Shown: positions 18,720-29,612, counted from the stretch's first letter. The stretch is DNA of 64,000 nt from Vulcanimicrobiota bacterium (GCA_963723515.1 CAVRQT010000002.1:768001-832000); one strand, 5' to 3'. The notes: generated by a model not told the origin, from the sequence alone. Numbers and translations: made by a program.

Positions 18720-19502
18720 TCAGCTTCCGCTCCTGGACGCCTCGTACAATGCAACCGTGCCGGCCATGGCGGCATTGAGCGATTCAGCCGTTCCAGCCGT
18801 GGGAATAGCAAGCAGCCGGTCGCACGCATCTTGCCAGCGTCCTAATCCGTGCCGCTCGTGCCCAACCACAATCGCCGATTTCGGCGCTAGCGCAAGGCGA
18901 TCGAGCGGCTCTCCCTCACGCGAGAGTCCGAACACCGTCCAGCCGTGAGCTGTTGCAAGCTCGGAACATTCGCGCGGCGGCGCCTGAGCAATCCGCGCGC
19001 GAAAGAGCGATCCCATCGCAGCTCGCACCACTTTGGGGTGGTGCGGCTCGACGCCGGCGTCGCCGAACAGCACTCCGCGTACGCCGAATGCATCGGCGGC
19101 ACGCACCAGCGTACCGGCATTGCCGGGGTCATTGAGATCGGCCAAAACCAAGATGCGGCCGCCGGCTTCGAAGAGCGCTGCGGCTTCTAAGAGATTCGCT
19201 TTTCCGATCGCGACGATGCCTGGCGGTGTCACCAGATCGGAAAGCGATTTGAGCGTGCGAACGTCGACGAGGTAAATCGGCGGCTCTTCACGCCGATCGA
19301 TCTCTTGAAGCAGCGCGAACGTTTCAAACGCTTGGGCCGTCGCGAAGATCGCCTCCATTTCTACGCTTGAGGAAAGCGCTTCGGCGAGCACGGTCGGGCC
19401 TTCGAGCAAGAAGTGTCCCTGAGAACGCCGTTCCCGACCCTTTAGTAGGCGACGCGCCTCGGTTAAGCGCCGGTTGTGCGCCCCCAGCACTTGCGGACTC
19501 AT
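18720..19502 (-). CDS. TrmH/SpoU family RNA methyltransferase
   Basis: DPGNAGTLVRAADAFG, VRAAMGS, GHERHGL, ESLNAAMA; ATG at 19502. Confidence 0.93.
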   Translation of the reverse strand: MSPQVLGAHNRRLTEARRLLKGRERRSQGHFLLEGPTVLAEALSSSVEMEAIFATAQAFETFALLQEIDRREEPPIYLVDVRTLKSLSDLVTPPGIVAIGKANLLEAAALFEAGGRILVLADLNDPGNAGTLVRAADAFGVRGVLFGDAGVEPHHPKVVRAAMGSLFRARIAQAPPRECSELATAHGWTVFGLSREGEPLDRLALAPKSAIVVGHERHGLGRWQDACDRLLAIPTAGTAESLNAAMAGTVALYEASRSGS

Positions 19503-19696
19503 CGGCGAAACCGGCGGATGTAGAAGAGGTAGCGCACGAAGATCGTGAGCATCCCGACGATGATGCTCGCGAGCATCAAGACGATGATCGGATTGTAATG
19601 CCGAGGAAGCAGCATCGCATTGAGCACGCTCAAGAACGCGACGAAGAGTACGATGAAAAGCACCAAGAATCCGATCTCTGCTTTGATGCCGGTCAC
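19499..19696 (-). CDS. small 2-TM membrane protein
   Basis: 65 aa, two hydrophobic helices, basic C-terminal tail; ATGA overlap with the trmH-like start. Confidence 0.65.
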   Translation of the reverse strand: MTGIKAEIGFLVLFIVLFVAFLSVLNAMLLPRHYNPIIVLMLASIIVGMLTIFVRYLFYIRRFRR

Positions 19697-19755
19697 GATG
19701 CGCTCTTGCGGCGTCGCGCAGGCGTTCCCTCGCAGCGAGAAAATTTACCGCAATC

Positions 19756-20304
19756 GTGACTGAAGAGCGACCGCAAGTCATTTCCTCGGAGCCGGTTTTT
19801 GAGGGGCGCGTCTTCAACGTGCGGGTTGACGTCGTCAGACAGAACGGTAAGGCGTGCCGCTATGACATCGTCGAGCACCCGGTCTCTTACGCGATCGTTG
19901 CGCGGCCCCAAATCGATAAAGTACTGCTGATCCGGCAGTATCGGCATGCTACGGGCGGATATTTGTGGGAGTTGCCGGCCGGATCTTCGGAGCCCACTGA
20001 AGAGGCAATTGACGGCGTTCGGCGCGAGCTCCGAGAGGAGACGGGCTACTCGGCGGAGTCCGTTCGCGAAATTCTCTCGACGTACATGACGCCAGGTTTT
20101 TGCACGGAAGTGATGCGATTTTTCGTCGCTGACGGGCTCACGAGCGGCCCGACGCAGTTCGATGAAGATGAAGATATCGAGACGCAGACGTTCTCGCTCG
20201 CCCAAGCAATCGAAATGATCCGCAACGGCGACATCGTCGATGCAAAATCGATCGTCGGATTGCTCTACTTCGAGCGGTTTGCGCACGGCAGCGTAAGCGC
20301 GTGA
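19756..20304 (+). CDS. NUDIX hydrolase (ADP-ribose pyrophosphatase-like)
   Basis: RQYR, ELPAG...RRELREETG Nudix box, TPGF, DEDEDI, DAKS. Confidence 0.93.
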   Translation: MTEERPQVISSEPVFEGRVFNVRVDVVRQNGKACRYDIVEHPVSYAIVARPQIDKVLLIRQYRHATGGYLWELPAGSSEPTEEAIDGVRRELREETGYSAESVREILSTYMTPGFCTEVMRFFVADGLTSGPTQFDEDEDIETQTFSLAQAIEMIRNGDIVDAKSIVGLLYFERFAHGSVSA

Positions 20305-20361
20305 ATCGGGCGCCGATCGTCGTGTTCGCCACTAGGCTGGCCGCCTGGGCTAGCAGTGCGA

Positions 20362-20433
20362 GGCGACACGGTCCGCGCAGCCGACGTCGACCGCCGGTGG
20401 ATCGGCTGGCTCGCCCACTATTTGCGTTAGCGA
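20362..20433 (+). repeat. 72-bp direct repeat, copy 1 (copy of the 3' end of the peptidase gene ending at 24066)
   Basis: 70/72 identical to 23998..24069 by manual alignment. Confidence 0.93.
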
Positions 20434-20447
20434 GAAATCGCGTTTAA

Positions 20448-21953
20448 CCCCATCTCGATGCCTTTGAAGTCGGCGACAACGACTATCTGAGGACGGAAGC
20501 CTCCGTTCCCTCGCATTTGTGGATCATTGCCGCCTCAGGTGGAACGGCAAAGCGGCTCACGGAGGGAACCTTCAGCCTCTCCACTGTCGATCCGGATGTT
20601 GGGTCCGAACTATCCTGGTCTGCCGACGGCCGATATATCGCCTTCAATCGTTTGCCCAATGCGATCTACGGCGACTCGCTGGGCAGCGTCATCGCATTCT
20701 ACGATTTGCGCGCGCATCGATTGCGCAGACTGACGACGCATGCCGGTTTGGAAGGTGATCCGCTGTTTGCACCACGCGGTGACTTGATCGCCTATGGAAG
20801 ACCGACGAACGGCGATACAACCGCTGGCAGCGGCGTCACGCTCACCCGCATCGGCGGCGGAAACGGTTCCGATATTCGGCGCAATCTCGATCGCAACATC
20901 GACGCCAAAGAATGGCTGCCGGATGCAAGCGGCATGTTGCTGTTCGGCATCGATGACGCGCATGATGCGGTGTGGATGCAACCACTGAATGGCTCGGCAC
21001 AGCGTCTTCCGCTTGGAAGCCTGAACATCGCGCAATCCGGCAACATTGCACCCAGCGGCGCGATGCCGTTCGTCGCAACACGCTCGAACCACCCATCCGA
21101 GCTGTTCTACCTGCCATCTTTGCGCGGCAAGCCGGTCGCGCTCACAAACGCAAACGGCTTCATCGATGCTCTGTCGCTCGGTCATGTTGCGACCGTGACG
21201 TGGCGCGGGCCAAATGGCTTCATAGAAGACGGCGTCCTGACGACGCCACCCGGATTTGTAAGAGCGCGACGCTATCCGCTCGTCTTGCTGATTCACGGCG
21301 GACCGCAGTCGGCTTCCACGGAGAATTGGAATACGCGCCGCCTGTTGATTGCGTCGCGCGGTTATGTCGTCTTCGAGCCAAATTATCGCGGAAGCACGAA
21401 TCTGGGCGATCGATACGAGCGCGCGATTTCACGCGATGCGGGTGAAGGGCCCGGCAAGGACGTGATGGCCGGCGTTCAGAGGGTACTGCAAATGGGCTTT
21501 GTCGATCCCAACCGCATCGCGGTTTCGGGATGGTCGTACGGCGGTTACATGACGTCGTGGCTCGAGGGTCATTATCATCTCTGGAAAGCAGCGGTTGCCG
21601 GCGCGGCGCTCAACGACTATTTCGATGACTACAACGTATCGTTTTACGTGAAGACGGATGTGCCGTGGTTTCCAGGGCCGCCGACAAACCGAAAATTTGC
21701 ATGGATGTGGTGGCAGCAATCGCCGCTGGCATACGCCGCACAAATCAATACGCCGACGCTTATCTTGCATGACACCAGCGACAACAACGTGACGATCACG
21801 AATTCGTACAAGATGTACCATGCCCTTAAGGATCGCAACGTTCCGGTCGAGTTTATCGGGATTCCGGTCGAGGGACACGTTCCATCGGATCCGGTGCGTT
21901 TGGAAGATGTGAACCGCTATTGGATCGGCTGGCTGGACAAGTACTTGAAGTGA
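20448..21953 (+). pseudogene. S9 family peptidase, 5'-truncated
   Basis: IHGGP, NYRGS, GWSYGG and D/H triad intact; similarity to the neighbouring paralog starts abruptly after in-frame TAA 20445-20447; no signal peptide or clear start. Confidence 0.7.
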
Positions 21954-24066
21954 AATACCGCCACGGCGAAACGATAAAGCATCACGGCGAAATGCTGAAC
22001 TGTCACGTTGAGCCCGTCGAAGCGCCACGATTAGGGCTGCCCTTCGACAAGCTCAGGGTGACAGGCATTACATTGCCACTCGTTACGGCGATATTTTTCA
22101 TTGCTGCCTTAGCGCCCGCACAGGCTCGCAAAATACAACTCGAGGACTTCAACCGGATTATCAATGTCTCTGATGTGCAGATTTCGCCGAACGGCAAGCA
22201 CATCGTATATCTTCAAGGGCGCGCGAATTTGAAGGACGATCGCTTCGAGCAACGGCTTATGCTATACGACCTCGCGACGCGGTCCGAACGGCCGTTGACG
22301 CTCGAACGACGGGGCCTAGGCTCGCCGCGGTGGTCGCCGGACAACTCAAGAATCGCATTCTTGGCATCCGCTGCGCCGAAGCGCGAACCGCAGCTTTTCG
22401 TTTTAGATCTGCGCGGCGGCGACCCGATGCGAATCACCAGCGCCCAGCGCGGTGTTGAGCAGTTCGCATGGCGGCCGGATTCGCAAGCGATCGCGTACGT
22501 TACCGCGGACGAGCCGGCAAATCAAAAGCAGATCGAAAAGCACCACGATCTCTTTGTCGTCGGCGACCAAGATTATCTCTCGACGCAGAGACCCACGCCA
22601 AATCACATCTGGCTCATCAACGTCGACGGTACCGGGAATCGACGCTTGACGTCGGGCCAGTGGAGTCTGCCGGGAAGCGAGCCGCCGAGCTCGCCCGCCT
22701 CTCCAATTTCGTGGTCCCCAGATGGTCGCTCGATTGCATTTACAAAGATGCCGAACGCCTATGACGCGGACAGTGATTTCGCGATCGTCGCCACAATTGA
22801 GATCGCAACCGGCACAATACGGCCCTTTACATCGCACGGAAAGCTCGAAGGTTATGGCGAGTACTCGCCGGACGGCAGTAAGGTTGCGTATTGGTATCCA
22901 TACAACGGTGACGGTGCCGCGCAAAACGACATCTACGTTGCGCCGGCCGAAGGCGGCGATGGAAACGATATTACTAAGGACGACATCGATACGAACGTTG
23001 AGCGCGCAATCTGGATGCCGGATTCAAAATCGCTGCTCGTCTCCGGACATAAAGGCACCGACGCAGCGCTCTGGATCAAGCCGCTTAGCGGACCGGCACG
23101 ACGCCTTTCATTGAACGGCGTTCAGCCGGTCCAGGCGTATTGGCTTGACGCGAGCGTCAGCAACAACGGGGCGCTTGCGTTTGCAGCCACCGAGCCGCAC
23201 CATCCAGTCGAGCTTTACTACATGCAAAGCTCGAACGCTGAACCGATCCGTCTCACAAACCACAACGATCCGATCGCTGCACTCGATCTCGGCAAAGTCG
23301 AATCGATCTCGTGGACCGGACCAAATGGATTTCAAGAAGACGGTGTATTGACATATCCGCCCGATTTTGTCGCCGGCAAACGCTACCGCTGGTGCTGAAC
23401 ATCCACGGCGGTCCGAATTCCGCGTCGATCGCGAGCTTTGGCGGCTTCTCGCAACTGCTTGCGGCGCACGGCTGGCTCGTCTTCTCACCGAATTATCGCG
23501 GAAGCGACAACCTTGGTGAAACGTATTGGCACGCGATCGTCGGCGACGCTGGTGATGGTCCGGGCAAAGATGTGGTTGCCGGAGTCGAAGCGATCAAGCA
23601 AAAAGGGATTGTCGATGACTCGCGCATCGCCGTTTCCGGATGGTCGTACGGCGGTTACATGACATCGTGGCTGATCGGACATTACCACTTCTGGAAGGCC
23701 GCGGTTTCCGGAGCAGCGGTGAATAACCTGATCGATCAATACGCCTTAGCTGACAATGGCGTGGGATGGCGCTACGAATTTGGTGGTAGGCCATGGAGCA
23801 GCCCGAAGATCTTCGCGCAATATCGCGCTCAGTCGCCCATCACGTACGCGTCGAACATCACCACGCCGACGCTGATCTTAAGCGACACCGGCGACGCACG
23901 CGTGCCGATCACCGAATCGTATGCGATGTTTCGCGCTTTGCGCGACCACCATGTGCCGACGCGTTTCTTTGCCTATCCGGTTGAGGGGCATTTCCCCGGC
24001 GACCCGGTCCGCGCAGCCGACGTCGACCGCCGGTGGATCGGCTGGCTCGCCCGCTATTTGCGTTAG
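21950..24066 (+). CDS. secreted S9 family peptidase (acylaminoacyl/dipeptidyl peptidase-like); frameshift near 23388, start uncertain
   Basis: beta-propeller WSPD repeats; IHGGP, GWSYGG, DARVP, EGH; GTGA overlap at 21950. Confidence 0.9.
22001..22063. repeat. palindromic REP/MITE-like element
   Basis: TGTCACGTTGAGCCCGTCGAAG...CTTCGACAAGCTCAGGGTGACA. Confidence 0.88.
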
Positions 24067-24069
24067 CGA
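23998..24069 (+). repeat. 72-bp direct repeat, copy 2
   Basis: matches 20362..20433. Confidence 0.93.
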
Positions 24070-24077
24070 CGGCGCGT

Positions 24078-24461
24078 TTACGTCCGAGCGGCTCGGCGCG
24101 GCTCCTCTTTTTGACCGGCTTTGGCGACCTTCAAGAGTGATGCAAAGGCGGCACCATCGCTAACCGCGAGTTCAGCAAGCGTCTTGCGGTTGAGCGTGAC
24201 GCCCGATTTCTTCAAGCCGTTCATGAAGACGCTGTAGGTCATGCCCTCTTTGCGCGCGGCGGCATTGATCCGGCTGATCCAAAGCGAGCGGAAATCGCGC
24301 TTGCGAACGCGCCGGTCGCGGTACGCGTACGCGAGCGAGTGCAGAAGCGCTTCGTTTGCAACGCGGTAATTGCGGCGCCGTGCCGCACGAAAGCCCTTGA
24401 CGAGCTTCATGACTTTGCGCCGGTGTTTGATGCCGCCAACACCGCGCTTGATGCGTGCCAT
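24078..24461 (-). CDS. rplT: 50S ribosomal protein L20
   Basis: MARIKRG, YAYRDRRVRKRDFRSLWISRINAA. Confidence 0.98.
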   Translation of the reverse strand: MARIKRGVGGIKHRRKVMKLVKGFRAARRRNYRVANEALLHSLAYAYRDRRVRKRDFRSLWISRINAAARKEGMTYSVFMNGLKKSGVTLNRKTLAELAVSDGAAFASLLKVAKAGQKEEPRRAART

Positions 24462-24475
24462 CTCTCTTTATCCTC

Positions 24476-24682
24476 CTACACCAAGTATGGAATCGTCGGC
24501 GCCAAACGCTTTAAGTCGCCCTTGAAAATCGGTTGGTCTTTGCGGAATTTCCGCTTGCGTTTGCGCGTCTTCTTGCTAAGAATGTGACCGCAACCGCTGA
24601 ATTGATGGCGGTGCGTTACCTTGCCGGTCGCACTAACCTTCACGCGTTTTGCGGTACCACGGTGGGTACGGATCTTAGGCAC
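24476..24682 (-). CDS. rpmI: 50S ribosomal protein L35
   Basis: MPKIRTHRGTAKR...HILSKK. Confidence 0.97.
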   Translation of the reverse strand: MPKIRTHRGTAKRVKVSATGKVTHRHQFSGCGHILSKKTRKRKRKFRKDQPIFKGDLKRLAPTIPYLV

Positions 24683-25247
24683 TGGTCGCTTCCTTTACCT
24701 TAGTGTTCTGAGGAGAAAATTTCGGTGGTCCGGTCGGCACCGCGCGGGGCGCCAAAATCATAAACATGTTTTTGCCTTCGAGTCGTGGCTCGCGTTCAAC
24801 CGTTGCGATCGGCGCCATGTCGACGACCATGCGATCGAGCAGGCGGCGTCCGAAGTTGGCGTACGTGATCTCTCGCCCGCGAAACATGATCGTCACTTTG
24901 ACTTTCCCGCCGTCCATCAAGAGCCGCTCGGCCATTCGCGCTTTCGTCTCGTAGTCGTGCGTCTCGATCTTCGGGCGAAGTTTGACTTCCTTTAACTCCC
25001 AGTTTTTCTGCTTGCGGCGAGCATCTTTATCTTTCTTCGATTGCTCGTACTTGAGCCGGCCGTAGTCGCCGATTTTGCAGACCGGGGGACTCGCGTTCGG
25101 AGAAACTTCGATCAGATCGAGCCCTGCCGTCCGCGCCGCATCTTGCGCCTCCTCCGTCAACATGATCCCAAGTTGTTGACCGTCTTCGCTGATCACGCGA
25201 ACTTGTCGCACACGGATCTGGTCGTTCACTCGCAGCGGTTTTGCTAT
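24675..25247 (-). CDS. infC: translation initiation factor IF-3, probable ATA start
   Basis: VNDQIR, LDLIEVSPNASPPVCKI, KEVKLRPKI, MFRGRE; SD AAGGAG lies 7 nt before an in-frame ATA (25245-25247). Confidence 0.95.
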   Translation of the reverse strand: MAKPLRVNDQIRVRQVRVISEDGQQLGIMLTEEAQDAARTAGLDLIEVSPNASPPVCKIGDYGRLKYEQSKKDKDARRKQKNWELKEVKLRPKIETHDYETKARMAERLLMDGGKVKVTIMFRGREITYANFGRRLLDRMVVDMAPIATVEREPRLEGKNMFMILAPRAVPTGPPKFSPQNTKVKEATSA

Positions 25248-25297
25248 CCTTACTCTCCTTTTACATTGCGTTGAACTAACGCTCAACGCTTGCCGCC

Positions 25298-25422
25298 AAA
25301 TAAAAAATGGCGCCGCCGAAGCAACCCCACTACTGAAAAGAACCTGCCGGCGGTCCCTTCGTGAAGACCGGATCGCTCGAGAGCATCCGGTGAGGATTGC
25401 GTTTGCATCCCACTTCGGCTCG
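25298..25422 (-). ncRNA. L20-leader-like structured 5' UTR with terminator
   Basis: lies upstream of infC-rpmI-rplT; GCAAUCCUCAC can pair with GUGGGGUUGC, which alternatively forms a UUCG hairpin followed by U6. Confidence 0.6.
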
Positions 25423-25425
25423 GGC

Positions 25426-25455
25426 AGTATAACAGGAGGCCTTCGGGACTGTCAA
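25426..25455 (-). promoter_or_regulatory. sigma70-type promoter of the infC operon
   Basis: TTGACA-18 nt-TATACT with TG extension. Confidence 0.8.
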
Positions 25456-25463
25456 ACGCCAAA

Positions 25464-25982
25464 GTGCCCGCGATGGATGAACCGAGTACGGGCGAGCACG
25501 AGCTTTCCGGAAAAGCCGCAGCCTTGCCGCCGTGGATGCCGCTCGCGCTGCTCTGGGCGGAACGGCTGGTTTTCTTCGTGGTCGGCGTGCTGTTGTTTAT
25601 CTCCGCGCTTGTCTTAGCGTTCAGAAGCATCCAAGTCTTGGGCCAGCTCTTCAACGGCACGGTATCCGATACGGTCTCGTTTACGGCCGAATTCTTGGAT
25701 ATGGTCCTGCTGATCTTGATGATCGTTGAAATTGCGTACACCGTCTCGCTTTCGTTGCGCGGCGCGATGTTGCGTGCGCAACCTTTCTTGATCGTCGGAC
25801 TGATCGCGGTCATTCGGCGCGTGCTCGTGCTCACAGTGCAAGAAGTGCGCGACCGAGGAACGCCCGTCGCCGGCGGGTTGATTTCACGTCCAAACATCGA
25901 ACTGGCGGTTCTTGCGCTGGTGGTAATGGTCTTCGTGCTGGCGATCTATCTGCTCAGAAATAAGGAACCGCTGCACGAATAG
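25464..25982 (+). CDS. phosphate-starvation-inducible PsiE family membrane protein
   Basis: LD.VLLILMIVEI.YTV, PFLIVGLIAVIRRVLV. Confidence 0.82.
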   Translation: MPAMDEPSTGEHELSGKAAALPPWMPLALLWAERLVFFVVGVLLFISALVLAFRSIQVLGQLFNGTVSDTVSFTAEFLDMVLLILMIVEIAYTVSLSLRGAMLRAQPFLIVGLIAVIRRVLVLTVQEVRDRGTPVAGGLISRPNIELAVLALVVMVFVLAIYLLRNKEPLHE

Positions 25983-25984
25983 CG

Positions 25985-27197
25985 CTAGCGCGCTTCAGTA
26001 AGTACCTCTTCTAAGGTCGCGGCGAGAAACTCGAGCTCGGGTCGTTCGATAATCAGCGGCGGAGCGATGCGCAAGACGTGCTCATGGGTCTCCTTTGCGA
26101 TGATGCCTTTCTCCAGCAGACGTTCGGCGAGGAAGCGCGCCGAGCCGAAGACTTCGATTCCGATCAGCAAGCCGCGTCCTCTGACTTCCTTTATAGACCG
26201 GCCTTGCAGCGCGATGAGGCGCTGATGCAACATGGCTCCCGATTCCCGCGCGCGCTCGGGAAGCCGCTCATCCACGATAACATTGATGGCCGCTTCGGCG
26301 ATCGCGCACGCCAATGGATTGCCGCCGAAGGTGCTGCCATGTTCGCCGGGCCGGAAAAGCAGCATCAGGTCGCGACTGGCAAGCGTTGCCGAAACTGGAT
26401 AGACGCCACCGCCGAGCGCCTTGCCGATGGCAAGAATGTCCGGCTTGACGCCGTCATGATCGCACGCAAAGAGATCGCCGGTTCGGCCGAGGCCGGTTTG
26501 AATTTCATCGGCGACAAAGAGCACATTGCGTTGCGTGCACAGCTCGCGCGCGGCGCGCAGATAGCTGGCCGGCGGCACGAGAACCCCGCCCTCACCCTGA
26601 ATGGGTTCGATCAAAATCGCTGCCGTTTGCGGTGTGATCGCCGCTTGAAGCGCGGCGATGTCGCCGTACGGAATGTTGACGAAGCCGGGTGCGAACGGTC
26701 CGAAACTGCGGCGGTAGTTTGGTTCTGACGATGCGCTGATTGCCGCCAGCGTGCGTCCATGAAAATTGTTGGCAAAGACAACGATCTCGGCGGAGTTTTC
26801 AGCGATGCCTTTGCGGTCATAAGCCCAGCGCCGTGCGAGCTTTATGGCCGTCTCGATCGCCTCAACGCCCGTATTTGACGGCAGCGCCATCTCGTAGCCG
26901 CAAAGGTGCGTCAGCTTCTCGAGAAATTCACCCAGGCGTGCGTTGCGAACGGCACGCGAGACGAGCGAAACGCGTTTCGCTTGCTCACGTCAGAGCCGCA
27001 ACGATGCGAGGATGCGCGTGGCCTTGATTGACCGCGGAGTAGGCGCTGATGCAATCGAGATAGCGATTCCCGTCGACGTCGTAGAGCCAAACGCCATCGG
27101 CTCGGGCGATGACGACGTTTAGTGGATCGTAATTGTGCGCGCCGTATTTCTCTTCGAGATCGACGAACTGTTGCGTATGCGGGTTGGCCGTGTGCAT
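25985..27197 (-). CDS. rocD: ornithine--oxo-acid aminotransferase; frameshift near 26988
   Basis: [58 protein letters not shown]. Confidence 0.92.
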
Positions 27198-27284
27198 CGC
27201 TGCTGGACTTAAGGACGGCGCAGGCCGCTCCTTTTTCGGCTCGCAAGCAGGGCGAAGGCGCGCGCAAATGTCATACGTTAAGCG

Positions 27285-28139
27285 TTGCAGATGATTTCAG
27301 GAACTCAGGCGCAGGCGCGCCGCATCTTCGATCGCGATACCGCCGATCTCCGGGAAGAAGGCCGCTCGCTTGTGCTATCGCATGGCGAACGGCGTTCGAA
27401 GGCGGCGTTGCTGCTGCACGGAATGACCGCAAGCCCGTGGCAGTTCATTGAAGTCGCCCGTTCGCTTCACGAGCGTGGATATAACGTCGTCGTGCCGCGT
27501 CTGCCGCGACACGGCCATCGCGATCGTCTGACGAACGTGCTGGTCGATCTCTCTTCCTCCGAATTGAAAGCGACGACGCAAAGCGCGATCGAGTTCGCGC
27601 GCGACTTAGGCAGTCGCTTGACCGTCATCGGTTTTTCGCTCGGCGGTCTTCTCGCAGCCTGGGCTGCGCAGCACTATGCAATTGAACGAGCGGTCTGTAT
27701 CGCTCCATTTCTCGGCGTGGCGCTCGTCCCATCGCACATTGCGCGGCATGCTTCGCGGATCGCATTGCGCCTGCCGAACTGGTTCGGGTGGTGGGATCCG
27801 ATCCGCAGGGAACGCCAAATGCCGGCCCACGGGTATCCGCGGTACTCAACGCACGCCGTGGCGCGCGTGCAGCAGTTCGCCGGTGAGGTGTTAGAGGAAG
27901 CGCGCTGTGAACCGCCGCGCGCAAATTCGGTGCTCTTCGTCACCAATGCGCGCGAAATGACGGTCAATAATGCGCAAACGCGAAAGCTTGCCGAGCGGTG
28001 GCGCAACCACCGTTCGGCAGTCATTGAGATGTTCGAGTTCAAAGATCTCCCGTTTTGCCATGACATCATCGAGCCGTCCAGACATCCCGGCGTAACGGCG
28101 CGCGTCTATCCCAAACTGTTGCAACTGATCGATCGGTGA
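27285..28139 (+). CDS. alpha/beta hydrolase (carboxylesterase-like)
   Basis: LLHG, PRLPRHG, GFSLGG, HDII. Confidence 0.85.
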   Translation: MQMISGTQAQARRIFDRDTADLREEGRSLVLSHGERRSKAALLLHGMTASPWQFIEVARSLHERGYNVVVPRLPRHGHRDRLTNVLVDLSSSELKATTQSAIEFARDLGSRLTVIGFSLGGLLAAWAAQHYAIERAVCIAPFLGVALVPSHIARHASRIALRLPNWFGWWDPIRRERQMPAHGYPRYSTHAVARVQQFAGEVLEEARCEPPRANSVLFVTNAREMTVNNAQTRKLAERWRNHRSAVIEMFEFKDLPFCHDIIEPSRHPGVTARVYPKLLQLIDR

Positions 28140-28695
28140 AGCGTCGCTGTGCTTGGGCGCGCAGCGATCTCATGATCGCCTACCACGATGGCGAGTGGGG
28201 CGTGCCGGTGCATGACGATCGAACGCATTTTGAATTCCTGATCCTTGAGGGCGCGCAGGCCGGCCTGAGCTGGGAAACGATCTTGCGAAAACGGGATGCG
28301 TATCGCAAAGTCCTTTGCCCAGTTCGATCCGAGACGCGTCGCGCGATTTCACCGATGCGAAGATCGAACGGCTCTTAGGCGACGCCGGCATCGTGCGCAA
28401 TCGCGCCAAGATCGAGTCGGCACGCGATAATGCCCGCGCTTTTCTGAGCGATTCAAAAAGAGTTCGGCAGTTTCGACGCTTACGTTTGGCGTTTCGTCAA
28501 GGGAAAGCCGGTCGTCAACCGCCCGAGAAAGCGGCCGACGTTCCGTCCAAGACGCCGCTCTCGGATGCACTAAGCAAAGACTTACGCAGCCGCGGTTTTC
28601 GATTCGCCGGCTCGACGATCTGCTACGCGTACATGCAAGCCGTCGGCTTGGTCGACGACCACGCCGCTGGCTGTTTCCGCGCCAAGCGCCGCTAG
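28136..28695 (+). CDS. tag: DNA-3-methyladenine glycosylase I; several frameshifts
   Basis: RCAW, YHDGEWGVP, LEGAQAGLSW, GIVRNRAKI, YAYMQAVGLVDDH..GC. Confidence 0.93.
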
Positions 28696-28699
28696 AGTC

Positions 28700-29599
28700 A
28701 TGCTTCTGCAACCGCCGTCGCGTCCGGCCGCAACGTACGATGAAGCGTTGCAGCGCGTTCGCGCGATGCAGGCGCTCGACGACGGTTCGATCTTGCCCGA
28801 AGCCGGCACGAAGCTCTACGACCATGGACGGCGCACGCCGCTGGTCGCTGTATTGTTGCACGGCTTGACGAATCACGCCGGCCAATACCGCGACTTTGCA
28901 CCCCAGGTCCATGCGCAGGGCGTGAACGTCTTCGTTCCGCGTCTTCCGGAGCAAGGCGACCGCAATCGAATGACGACGCGCCTTGCGACCTTGACGGCGG
29001 AAGATCTCTTGCGAAGCGCAACGGAGGCGGTCGACATCGCACAAGGTCTTGGCGAGCGCGTAGCGCTGCTCGGGATCTCAACGAGCGGCCTCTTGTGTGC
29101 GTACTTCGCGCAGTGCCGCAACGATATCGCGCGCTCGATTCCGGTCAACCCAGTCTTCGCAATGCTGCACTTTCCCTATTTGCTGAGCCGTTTGATCGCC
29201 GCAATCGCTCTCAAACTGCCGAACGTCTACATGTGGTGGGATCCGCGCTATAAGATGAAAGAGTTGCCGCAAACCGGCTACCCGCGCTTTCCGACGCATG
29301 CGCTGGCGCAATGTCTTCGCATCGGCGACGACGTCTATGCTGTAGCCAAGCGGCAACCGATGCGCGCGCAGTCGGTGGTCATGGTAACGAATAAGCGAGA
29401 CCCCGCGGTCAATAACTCCGCAACGCGGCAAGTTGTTCGCGCGTGGCGCAAACGAACGCCCGAGCGCGTTCAGAGCTACGAATTCACGAACTTACCGGTC
29501 AACCATGACATCATCGATCCGCAGAATTCTCAGCCGCGTACCGACATCGTCTATCCGGTTTTGCTATCCTTGATCATGCAGACGCCCTCGGCGGCATAA
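28700..29599 (+). CDS. alpha/beta hydrolase, paralog of 27285..28139
   Basis: LLHGLTN, PRLPEQG, GISTSG, WWDP, GYPRFPTHA, HDII. Confidence 0.82.
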   Translation: MLLQPPSRPAATYDEALQRVRAMQALDDGSILPEAGTKLYDHGRRTPLVAVLLHGLTNHAGQYRDFAPQVHAQGVNVFVPRLPEQGDRNRMTTRLATLTAEDLLRSATEAVDIAQGLGERVALLGISTSGLLCAYFAQCRNDIARSIPVNPVFAMLHFPYLLSRLIAAIALKLPNVYMWWDPRYKMKELPQTGYPRFPTHALAQCLRIGDDVYAVAKRQPMRAQSVVMVTNKRDPAVNNSATRQVVRAWRKRTPERVQSYEFTNLPVNHDIIDPQNSQPRTDIVYPVLLSLIMQTPSAA

Positions 29600-29612
29600 A
29601 GGAGAATCGATC

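Noticed and set aside
26985..26987. TGA in rocD (and similar TGA-ended fragments at 538 and 23398) as selenocysteine
   Set aside because: The continuation is in a different frame, so these are frameshifts rather than read-through
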